Of a stretch of DNA of 32,000 bases, positions 22,318 through 29,653 are shown piece after piece. The notes beneath the pieces are model-generated. The model worked only from the letters and a program-made list of their open reading frames with translations, was not told the origin of the DNA and ran no database searches. Source of the DNA: Acidothermus cellulolyticus 11B. GTDB taxonomy: Bacteria; Actinomycetota; Actinomycetes; Acidothermales; Acidothermaceae. The first letter of the stretch is position 1. Every line of letters begins with the position of its first letter. Location: assembly GCF_000015025.1 (NCBI RefSeq), contig NC_008578.1:690001-722000 (forward strand), in the 5' to 3' direction. The position numbers and the translations under genes are program-made.

Positions 22318-24458
22318 TCCAGAGCCGGCCGGCCGAGGTGAGCCGGCCCGTGCGGCTCAGTCCGCGCCGGCCGGCCCAGGGCGGTGGGACGGCCGGGCGC
22401 GGCCGGCTGGCCGAGGGCAGCCGGACCATCGCCGCGTTCGCAGCGGCAGGTGTCGTCGCTGACCTCGCCGGCTGGTGGACGACGGGATGGGTGGCGTATC
22501 CCGCTGGCGCCGCTGGCATTGTCGTTGCCGCTGTCGGCTTGTGGCGGGGACGCCGCGTGCTCGGCCTGCTGGCGAGCCTTGCGGCCGCCGCTGCGCTGGC
22601 TGTGGAGCTGATGGCAGCCGCCCGTCCGCTCCCGGGCGGGTGGACCGGTACGACGGTCAGCGGCCTGCTCATCCTGACCCAGGTCGCCCAGGTCAGCTCC
22701 GCCGGCGTCCCACGGGACCTGTTCTTCGGGACGCCGATCGCGCTGGCGGTCGCGCTGCAGGCCGCGTCCCGGTCACCTTCTGTCGGGGGACTGGCCGTCG
22801 CCGGCGTCCTGGGATGCCTGGTCGCGGGCCTTGCCGCGGTACCGGCGCGACGTCTCGCCTCGGTGGGAGTGCGGGTAGGTCTTGTCGCGGCGGTCATCGT
22901 CCTCGGCACCCCGGATAGCCTCCACCTTCGGCTGTCCGGCCACCCGGCCGGCGGCACTCCCGCCGCGTCGGTCCCCCCATCACCGGGCCCAGGCGGCGCT
23001 GCCGACGGCACCTCGGCGGGCATCGGCGCGCATGCCGCCGCCCTGCTCGGCACCGGCGGCCTCGATCTGGCCGTCCGGGGCGCATTGCCGCCGGTCCCGC
23101 TTGCCGCTGTCCCCGCCGATGCGCCGGTGTACTGGCGGGGGATGGTCTACGACGCCTTCGACGGCCGGCGCTGGTCGGTAAGCGGCGACGCCGCGGGCGC
23201 CTGGACGGCGTCCAGACCCACCAGCCAGCCACCGGCTGCCCCGGCGGTGCCGGACGGCCCGCGGCGCACCGACACCGTCGATCTGCTCGGCCCACCGGTC
23301 GGCGTCCTGCTGACGCCGGGGGAGGCGGTCGGTTACGCCGGACCCGGAACCCTGGTGGCCGACGGCGACGGCAATGCCCTGCCGCGCGAGGGGTTGACCG
23401 GACAGTACGCCGTCACGTCGGTGGTCACTGCGGGGCCGGTCACCGGGGTTGCCCGGGCCGCCCCCGGGGTCGCAGCCAAGTGGACCGCGCTGCCGGCGAC
23501 CCTCTCGCCGCAGGTGGCCGCACTTGCGGCGACCTTGGCCCGTCCGACGCGGGCGGCGACGGTGGACGCCGTCCGGACGTACCTGCAGAGCCACGAGCGG
23601 TACCGGCTGGATCCGCCGGCCTCTCCGAGCGGTGACCCGGTGGCGGCGTTCCTGTTCCGCACGCACGAGGGATTCTGCGAGCAATTCGCCACCGCCGAGG
23701 TGGTGTTGCTGCGCGCGGTCGGCGTCCCGGCGCGGCTCGTGACCGGCGTGGCGTTCGGGGAGGTCCAGGATGGGCGGCGGATATTCCGGGCGAGTGATGC
23801 GCACGCGTGGGTCCAGGTCTGGTATCCCGGGGTGGGCTGGGTGAATGACGATCCGACCCCGCCGTCCGCGCTGGGGGCTGCTCCTCCCGGCGTGTCGTCG
23901 GGGCCATCCCTCACCGCCGGCGGACCGGCGCACAAGGCCGAGGCACCCCCGGCCGAGAGTGCTGCGCCATCCCTTACCGCCGGCGGAGCGGCGACTGCGA
24001 CGCCCAGCCCCGCGGGGCAGCCGACCGTCCAGCCGCCGCGCCGCCCATCCGCGGCGGGTGCCGGCCGGTTCGCGTGGAACCTCTTGCTGGCTGGCGCGTT
24101 GCTCGGCCTGTTGGCGGTCTGGGCGGTTGCCCGGCGGCTTCGCGGGCGCGCCCGCCGGATTGGCGCCCCGGCTCCTGACGTGTCGGTCCCGTCCGAGAGG
24201 AGTGACGGGTACGTCGGCGGCGGTCCGGTGCTCCGGGCGTATCGGGACTTCGCTGAGGCCGTCGGCGGCAGCGCCGATTGCACCCCGCGCGAGGTGGTGG
24301 CGCGGTTGGGACCGGCGATCGCGGATGCACCCGAGGTCCTTGCGGCATTGGGCACGCTGGACGAGGAATGTTTCGGGATCGAGCCGCCGAGCCCGGTGCG
24401 GGTTCAGGCCGCCGTCCAGGTCTTTAGTCGTTTGCGAAGTATGTCGGGTTTACGGTAG
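22308..24458 (+). CDS. Membrane transglutaminase-domain protein (TgpA-like, DUF4129-like tail)
   Basis: GTG 22308 overlaps the DUF58 3' end by 10 nt. The product has a polytopic N-terminus and a transglutaminase core HEGFCEQFATA (Cys codon 23676-23678) .. DAHAWVQVW .. NDDPT. A duplicated PSLTAGG segment is followed by a late TM helix and a C-terminal domain. Confidence 0.9.
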   Translation: MAVIQSRPAEVSRPVRLSPRRPAQGGGTAGRGRLAEGSRTIAAFAAAGVVADLAGWWTTGWVAYPAGAAGIVVAAVGLWRGRRVLGLLASLAAAAALAVELMAAARPLPGGWTGTTVSGLLILTQVAQVSSAGVPRDLFFGTPIALAVALQAASRSPSVGGLAVAGVLGCLVAGLAAVPARRLASVGVRVGLVAAVIVLGTPDSLHLRLSGHPAGGTPAASVPPSPGPGGAADGTSAGIGAHAAALLGTGGLDLAVRGALPPVPLAAVPADAPVYWRGMVYDAFDGRRWSVSGDAAGAWTASRPTSQPPAAPAVPDGPRRTDTVDLLGPPVGVLLTPGEAVGYAGPGTLVADGDGNALPREGLTGQYAVTSVVTAGPVTGVARAAPGVAAKWTALPATLSPQVAALAATLARPTRAATVDAVRTYLQSHERYRLDPPASPSGDPVAAFLFRTHEGFCEQFATAEVVLLRAVGVPARLVTGVAFGEVQDGRRIFRASDAHAWVQVWYPGVGWVNDDPTPPSALGAAPPGVSSGPSLTAGGPAHKAEAPPAESAAPSLTAGGAATATPSPAGQPTVQPPRRPSAAGAGRFAWNLLLAGALLGLLAVWAVARRLRGRARRIGAPAPDVSVPSERSDGYVGGGPVLRAYRDFAEAVGGSADCTPREVVARLGPAIADAPEVLAALGTLDEECFGIEPPSPVRVQAAVQVFSRLRSMSGLR

Positions 24459-24724
24459 GTCGTTACATACTGCAATAATTGTTAAGTTTCGGCGGAGGAT
24501 CGCCAGCCTCGTGAAAATTATCGGGGCTATGGCATTTCTTGTCGTCCATTAGCCAATGCGTCGGACTGCGATACTCCATTTGGTAGATACGCTTCCTGTC
24601 CGTCTGTCCATATTTCCGTCGCTGATCGGACGGAATGAGCCGGCAGGCTCTCAACTTTTTCCGGCCGCGCTCCGATGACCGGTGGCGTCGGAACCTCCGA
24701 CCGCAGCACGCGAGGAGAACTGGT
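24459..24724 (+). promoter_or_regulatory. AT-rich intergenic spacer, presumed promoter/leader of the TasA-like gene
   Basis: Hand counts give 30/60 G+C for 24481-24540 and 31/60 for 24541-24600, versus 50/60 for a typical nearby coding line (22321-22380). The spacer contains a 7-bp stem (24614-24620 / 24629-24635) and a gaggag SD at 24713-24718. No -35/-10 pair could be assigned with confidence. Confidence 0.35.
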
Positions 24725-25348
24725 ATGACAAATGCAGCGCTTCGGCGTCGTCGTCTGGCCCGTGCCATTGCTCCGGCCGTCGGTTTGCTCGCCGCCGGCC
24801 TGCTTGTCTGGCAGGGCAGCTACGCTGCCTTCTCCGCCAGCACGAATGCCACCAACAACGTGTGGCAGGCGGGGCAGCTGGTCCTTGCCAACAACGGCGG
24901 TGGGTCGACGTATTCAGCGACGACCACGGCCGTCTTCGGCGGCAACCCCATCCGTCCGGGAGATACGGCGACGACATGCCTCACGGTGAAGAGCACCGGT
25001 AATCTCAGCGGCACGCTGAAGATGTACCTGAGCTCACTGACCGATTCAACGCCGTCCCTCGGAAGTCAAATTCTTCTCACCGTTGACGCGGCATCGGTGA
25101 CAAGTGACGTGCAGGCGAACTGCACCGGCTTCCCCACAACCGGTGTGACGAACATCGCAACTAATGTCGCCCTGACGTCGTTCCCGACGACGTACGCCGG
25201 AGCCAGCACCGGAGTGAGCATTGCGGCCGGAACCGTGCTGGAGGCGTACCGGGTGACGTGGACCTTCCAGACCACGGGCAGCAACGCCAACGACAACTTG
25301 CTGCAAGGCAAGTCCGCGACCGCAGCCTTCACATGGGAAATCCAGTAA
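24725..25348 (+). CDS. TasA/camelysin-like exported protein with SipW-dependent-type signal peptide
   Basis: The signal peptide has an RRRR n-region, an AIAPAVGLLAAGLLVW h-region, then GSYA|AFSASTNATNNVWQAGQLVL. This matches the F-x-D/S..N-x-F/W-x-A-G-x-L-x-L N-terminus of TasA/CalY-type proteins. The rest is a Thr/Ser/Asn/Gly-rich predicted beta protein ending ..AAFTWEIQ. ATG 24725 follows gaggag. Confidence 0.8.
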   Translation: MTNAALRRRRLARAIAPAVGLLAAGLLVWQGSYAAFSASTNATNNVWQAGQLVLANNGGGSTYSATTTAVFGGNPIRPGDTATTCLTVKSTGNLSGTLKMYLSSLTDSTPSLGSQILLTVDAASVTSDVQANCTGFPTTGVTNIATNVALTSFPTTYAGASTGVSIAAGTVLEAYRVTWTFQTTGSNANDNLLQGKSATAAFTWEIQ

Positions 25349-25364
25349 CGCTGTCACACGCGCC

Positions 25365-25394
25365 GGCTCCCGGTCCCGAATGGGACCGGGAGCC
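25365..25394 (+). terminator. Perfect 13-bp stem-loop 17 nt after the TasA-like stop
   Basis: ggctcccggtccc-gaat-gggaccgggagcc. All 13 pairs were checked by hand. It is followed by cacaccttta, a poor U-tract. Confidence 0.6.
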
Positions 25395-25680
25395 CACACC
25401 TTTACCAGGCACGGATTCTTGGCGGGCGCGGCGCCGACGTGAGTCGAATCGGATGCCGGTTCGGTACGACGAGGGCTCCGAAGGTTTTCCGCACTGGGGA
25501 TGTGACGGGCCATTCCCGCGCCACAACCCGGCCGCGTTTTTCCTGCGGCGTCAAGCCGCCGGGCTGCGAATCCCCGTGGCGCGAGGCAGCGCGGGCATGC
25601 CGGCCGGCTGACACCGTACATGCGCCGACGAGCTGACGCGCCGGAACCGGCTCGTCGGTAAGAGAGTGAGGAGGACGGCG

Positions 25681-27537
25681 ATGGCGCAGGACGTCGCGAT
25701 CCGCGGCGACGGGCCCATCGCTGCCGGCTCAACGGCTCGTCTCGTCGGCGGCTTTCTCGGCCGTGCATGGCTCTGGTTCCTCGGCGGCTGTCTGGTCATC
25801 ACCGTCGCGCCGCTGATTTTCGGCTGGCGGCCTTACGTCGTGCAGACAGGCTCGATGGAGCCGCGGATTCATGTTGGTGACGTTGTGCTCGCCGCTCCGG
25901 TGCACGATGTCAACAAACTTGTCGGCCGGGTCACGGTGTTTTACGACCCGGGTCGCCACGAAATTGTCACGCATCGTGTTATCGGCAAGAATCCCGATGG
26001 AACGCTGGTCACCAAAGGTGACGCGAATCCCACTCCGGATTCGGCTCCGCTCGCGCCGGGCAATGTCCGCGGCATGGGGCGGCTCCTCGTCCGTTGGCTT
26101 GGGCTGCCTGTCGTCTGGGCAAACCATCGCGATTGGCTTCCGTTGGGTGGAGTCGCGGCGAGCCTGGCGCTTGCGGGATTTCTCGTCGCCCGGGACCGTG
26201 ACGAGGACGACGTCCATGCTGACGACGCCGGTGCCGGGGAGGGTGGTACCGGCGACGGCATGGACGGCGGCGACGGCACAGACGACGGTGGCGACGGGAC
26301 GGACGGCGGACCGGCCGGCGGTGGTCAATCCGGCGGTTCGGATCGGAGCCGGCAGTCCGCCGCGCCGGATTATGCGCCGGTGACGACCGCCCCGGGCGTC
26401 CCGGCGGAATATACCCAAGTGCCTGGCGACGGCGGAACAGGCGTCGTGGACATGGCGGTTCTTGCAGTCGAAATTCCGTGGCCCGGCCACCCGCTGCGCC
26501 GAACCGACATCGGGCGGCCGACGGGAGGCCGTTACGTCGGCCGGCATCGGCGACCCGCGCATCGCCGCGTGGTCCGCAGCGTCGCAGCACCGGCCGGTGC
26601 AGCCCGGCGGGTCTCGCCGGTACGACGGTTCGCGGCCCGGGTCGCCGCGGTCGCGGTCGGACTCGTTGCCCTCGTTGCGCCGACGAGCCAGGCCGCGTTC
26701 TCCGCCGCGACTCAGGTCACCACGAATACCTGGACCGCCGGTGTCTACAACTACACCTCGGAGGTGAACGCGCTCGGACCGTGGCTGTACTGGAAATTGG
26801 ACGACCCCATTACCGGACGCAATCCGCCGGCGGCGGATTCGTCAGGAAACGGCCGGCCCGGCGTGTATTCCCGGCCGAATTCGTGGACCGCGCAGATCAC
26901 CGGGGCATTGCCCGACCAGACACCGAATCTCGCCGCGTTGAGCGCGGGTGTCACCTCGACGAACAATCCCAGCTGCATCTTCACCGCGCAGAACGGAGAC
27001 GGCCTGGCCGCGCCCGGGCCGGCGGCGTACACCCTCGTCGTTTGGTTCAGAACGGCCCCCGGGTACGCGAACGGCGGAAAGCTGCTCGGCCTGGAATCGT
27101 CGCGGACCGGGCTGTCGAACAGCAATACCGGGGGCAGATACGACCGGATGTTGTACATGGACGGTGCGGGGCATGTGTGGTTCGGGGTGTGGCGGACGAG
27201 CATCGGGCAGGCGGTCGCCATTTCCTCGCCGTCCAGCTATAACGACGGAAATTGGCACATGGCCGCCGCCACGATGAATGCGACCAGCGGCATGACCCTC
27301 TATGTGGACGGACAGCCGGTTGCGACCAATCCGAACACGGAATCCGAGACCGAGACGACGACGTCATACTGGCGGGCCGGTTGCGGCAATCTGGCAGGCT
27401 GGGCAGTGAACTGGCTCGGACCGAACCCGCCGGCCGCGCAGACGAATTACGCTTTTGCCGGCGGGCTCGACGAGGTCGCGGTGTGGCTGCGTGCCTTGAC
27501 CGCCACCGATATCGCAGACCTCTATTTCTATCGGTGA
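25681..27537 (+). CDS. SipW-like (archaeal/ER-type, Ser/His) signal peptidase I fused to an internal signal peptide and a LamG (concanavalin-like) domain
   Basis: ATG 25681 follows gaggagg. After TM1, the peptidase motifs are VVQTGSMEP (Ser codon 25852), VTHRVIG (His codon 25972) and TKGDANPTPD. TM2 is WLPLGGVAASLALAGFLVA. An Asp/Gly linker and an Arg-rich segment lead to a third hydrophobic helix and AAFSAATQVTTNTWTAG. The ~265-aa C-terminal domain ends in the LamG_3-type tail GGLDEVAVWLRALTATDIADLY. Confidence 0.85.
   Translation: MAQDVAIRGDGPIAAGSTARLVGGFLGRAWLWFLGGCLVITVAPLIFGWRPYVVQTGSMEPRIHVGDVVLAAPVHDVNKLVGRVTVFYDPGRHEIVTHRVIGKNPDGTLVTKGDANPTPDSAPLAPGNVRGMGRLLVRWLGLPVVWANHRDWLPLGGVAASLALAGFLVARDRDEDDVHADDAGAGEGGTGDGMDGGDGTDDGGDGTDGGPAGGGQSGGSDRSRQSAAPDYAPVTTAPGVPAEYTQVPGDGGTGVVDMAVLAVEIPWPGHPLRRTDIGRPTGGRYVGRHRRPAHRRVVRSVAAPAGAARRVSPVRRFAARVAAVAVGLVALVAPTSQAAFSAATQVTTNTWTAGVYNYTSEVNALGPWLYWKLDDPITGRNPPAADSSGNGRPGVYSRPNSWTAQITGALPDQTPNLAALSAGVTSTNNPSCIFTAQNGDGLAAPGPAAYTLVVWFRTAPGYANGGKLLGLESSRTGLSNSNTGGRYDRMLYMDGAGHVWFGVWRTSIGQAVAISSPSSYNDGNWHMAAATMNATSGMTLYVDGQPVATNPNTESETETTTSYWRAGCGNLAGWAVNWLGPNPPAAQTNYAFAGGLDEVAVWLRALTATDIADLYFYR
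26605..26742 (+). other. Internal SipW-type signal-peptide-like segment inside the peptidase-LamG ORF
   Basis: RRVSPVRRF-AARVAAVAVGLVALVAP-TSQA|AFSAATQVTTNTWTAG. Twelve of 19 residues around the predicted cleavage site are identical to the neighbouring TasA-like protein (S-x-A-A-F-S-A-x-T-x-x-T-x-N-x-W-x-A-G). Confidence 0.6.
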
Positions 27538-27648
27538 CGTTTGTTCCATCGGTGACGGTTGCTGTCTTCCGCTCGGCGCCGAACTGCGGGCTGCAACAGC
27601 TGATTAAAACAGCCGGTTTCAAGCGCGGCAAGCCTCAAACGCCGTCGG

Positions 27649-28308
27649 CTAAAACAGCCGGCTGCTCGGATCGTCCAGTCCGCGCAGCACGTCGTAATCG
27701 ACGGTGATACACGAAATTCCCCGGTCGCCAGCCAACGTGCGGGCCTGCGGCCGGATGCTCTGGGCGGCGAGAATTCCCCGCACCGGAGCCAGTCGGGGAT
27801 CCCGGTTCAGCAGGGTCAGGTATCGGGTCAACTGCTCCACACCCTCGATTTCCCCGCGCCGTTTCACTTCGACGGCGACCGTCTGACCGGCGGCGTCCCG
27901 GCAGAGCAGGTCAACCGGACCGATGGCGGTCGGGAATTCCCGCTGCACCACCGTAAGACCCGGTTCGAGCGCTTCCGGATGTTCGGCGAGCAGTTGCTGG
28001 AGGTGTGCTTCGACGCCGTCTTTTGTCAGTCCGGGGTCCGGACCGAGGTCATGGTGGGAGTCGTGAAAAATCTCCTCAACTTCGATGTCCAACTGTTCGC
28101 CGGCGGGGTTGCGCACCCGCCACACACCCGGCGCCTCTTCAATCGTGCACGGCGGGCTCATCCAATTCAGCGGTTTGTACGCGCGGTCATCGGCGTGAAT
28201 GGAGACCGAACCGTCGGCTTTGACGAGAATGAGCCGCCGGGCGGACGGCAAATGCGCGGTGAGCCGGCCGCGGTAGTTCACCCGGCATTGGGCGATGACG
28301 AGGCGCAC
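27649..28308 (-). CDS. nucS: Endonuclease NucS (EndoMS, non-canonical mismatch repair)
   Basis: [50 protein letters not shown] .. [11 protein letters not shown] .. [21 protein letters not shown] .. ends RLF. The product is collinear with mycobacterial NucS along its whole length (recalled sequence). The start is GTG 28308; the ORF-track start at 28404 was rejected. Confidence 0.96.
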   Translation of the reverse strand: MRLVIAQCRVNYRGRLTAHLPSARRLILVKADGSVSIHADDRAYKPLNWMSPPCTIEEAPGVWRVRNPAGEQLDIEVEEIFHDSHHDLGPDPGLTKDGVEAHLQQLLAEHPEALEPGLTVVQREFPTAIGPVDLLCRDAAGQTVAVEVKRRGEIEGVEQLTRYLTLLNRDPRLAPVRGILAAQSIRPQARTLAGDRGISCITVDYDVLRGLDDPSSRLF

Positions 28309-28383
28309 GTCCTTACCGTACGCACCGGTGAGCCGCCACCGGTGCGACGGTCCGGCGGCCGGTGGTATGCGTCGTGGCCCAGC

Positions 28384-28472
28384 CCGGCATGCGCTCCCGC
28401 GCATTGGGGGCTCGGGGATGGCTCGGGCTCGGGGAGTCGCGGAACGACCGGCATGGGCTCCCGCGCATCGGG
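28384..28472. repeat. Two copies of a 25-nt motif with internal dyad symmetry in the nucS/mobA-like divergent spacer
   Basis: 28384-28408 is ccggcatgCgctcccgcgcatTggg and 28448-28472 is ccggcatgGgctcccgcgcatCggg (23/25 identical). Copy 1 contains the inverted repeat atgcgc-tccc-gcgcat. Three ggctcgggg units lie between the copies. Confidence 0.3.
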
Positions 28473-28494
28473 CGCGGGCGTACGGTGACGAGGG

Positions 28495-29223
28495 ATGCCT
28501 GGGTACGACGCGATCGTTCTCGCCGGTGGCCGGAGCAGCCGACTCGGCCGCGACAAGGCGATGGCGGTCGTCGGCGGCCGTCGCTTGCTCGCGCGCGCGC
28601 TCGACGCCGTCCAGACTGCGGATCGCGTCGTTGTCGTGGGTGCGCCTCGGCCGCTTCGGGTTGGACCCACCGTGTCATGGACGGCAGAGGAGCCGCCGTT
28701 CGGCGGGCCGGCGGCTGGGTTGGCCCACGGTCTTCGATGGCTGGCTCGTGACCGCGGGCCGAGTGTCGATCGAGTGGTCGTCGTCCTTGCCGTCGACGTG
28801 CCGTTCGCCGGGGTCGCGGTGCCGCGGCTCATCGAGACCGTGCGCGGCGATCCTTCCGTGGACGCAGCGATGCTCCGCGACCCGGACGGTGTGCCCCAAC
28901 CGTTGATTGCCGCGTACCGGGCGCACGTGTTGCTCGAGCGCCTGGGCGATGCCGATTGGCGGAACCGCCCGATCCGGGAGGTGGTGGCGAAGCTGAGCGT
29001 CGTCCGATTGGTGGCGCCGGGCGACCCTGGCGACGGGAATGGTCCGCCCGTGCCGATCGGGCTGGGAGCGGCCGATCCGGGGGAGCGCCGGCGGGCCGGC
29101 GCCGACTGGCGTTTCGTCGTGCTCGATTGCGACACGCCGGAGCAGCTTCGCGCCGCGCAGCGGTGGGCTGCCCGGCTCCAACGGCCGCAGCGCGGCACCG
29201 ACGATCGCGGCGACTCATCCTGA
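28495..29223 (+). CDS. mobA: MobA-like NTP transferase (molybdenum cofactor guanylyltransferase family)
   Basis: N-terminus [19 protein letters not shown].. (the LAGGxSxRxG nucleotide-binding motif). Gene context with fdhD supports the call. Confidence 0.78.
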   Translation: MPGYDAIVLAGGRSSRLGRDKAMAVVGGRRLLARALDAVQTADRVVVVGAPRPLRVGPTVSWTAEEPPFGGPAAGLAHGLRWLARDRGPSVDRVVVVLAVDVPFAGVAVPRLIETVRGDPSVDAAMLRDPDGVPQPLIAAYRAHVLLERLGDADWRNRPIREVVAKLSVVRLVAPGDPGDGNGPPVPIGLGAADPGERRRAGADWRFVVLDCDTPEQLRAAQRWAARLQRPQRGTDDRGDSS

Positions 29224-29307
29224 CGCTGCCGCAGACCCTGCGCACCCCGTCCGAAGCGTGCGGTCGGTCAGCTCTGCGCGAGTGCCGGTTACGGCTGCGG
29301 TTGCCTG

Positions 29308-29592
29308 TTACGGCGGCGGTTCTGCCGGCTCGTTGCCAGCCGGCGAGGGTTCCGCGGCCGCGGTCCACTGGTTGGCAAGCCCGCGAATCCGGGCGACCAC
29401 GTCGGGCAGCGACGCCCCGCGTCCGACCGCGACGCCGGCGAGGAAGGCGGTCAGCGGCGCGGCCGGTCGGGCGACGTCGTGAGCGACGTCGCGGGTCAGG
29501 TCGAGGACCGCATCACGGGCGGCGGTGTTGACGACGCCAGCGACATCTAGGGCGGTGCGAACGGTGTCGAACCAGGTATCGAGGTCACTCAT
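29308..29592 (-). CDS. Small conserved protein (DUF6457-like) commonly linked to mobA/fdhD
   Basis: MSDLDTWFDTVRTALDV..LDLTRDVAHDVARPAAPLTAFLAGVAVGRG... ATG at 29592 (cat 29590-29592 on the + strand). The longer ORF-track version to 30075 is antisense to fdhD and was rejected. Confidence 0.6.
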   Translation of the reverse strand: MSDLDTWFDTVRTALDVAGVVNTAARDAVLDLTRDVAHDVARPAAPLTAFLAGVAVGRGASLPDVVARIRGLANQWTAAAEPSPAGNEPAEPPP

Positions 29593-29653
29593 CGCTGGCA
29601 GGGTATCGCCGCCGTCATGGCGGGGGAGTCCGCGGAGGCTTAGGGTTGACGCC

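Noticed and set aside
19225-24458. Looked for an rRNA operon downstream of murA, as in mycobacteria
   Set aside because: The whole interval is occupied by protein-coding genes with clear motifs. No rRNA-like or tRNA-like sequence was recognised anywhere in the window.
24463-24768. Small ORFs (101 aa and 60 aa, minus strand; tail of the 23845-24552 plus-strand ORF) in the AT-rich spacer
   Set aside because: They have no SD or motifs and basic low-complexity products, and they cross the start of the TasA-like gene. I treat the region as non-coding regulatory DNA.
25439-25636. 65-aa ORF in the spacer between the TasA-like gene and the peptidase gene, plus a 9-bp stem (25625-25633 / 25650-25658) just before the peptidase SD
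   Set aside because: The ORF product is Arg-rich with no SD. The stem has a 16-nt loop and is too weak to call a regulatory element, although it could modulate peptidase translation.
27530-27661. Short direct repeats in the convergent spacer: atcggtgacg twice (27530-27539, 27548-27557) and taaaacagccgg twice (27605-27616, 27650-27661, the second covering the nucS stop)
   Set aside because: At 10-12 nt they are too short to distinguish from chance or a small local duplication. No terminator-grade hairpin was found.
28278-29198. 306-aa ORF on the minus strand
   Set aside because: It is antisense to the mobA-like gene. The product is Arg/Ser/Pro/Thr-rich low-complexity sequence.
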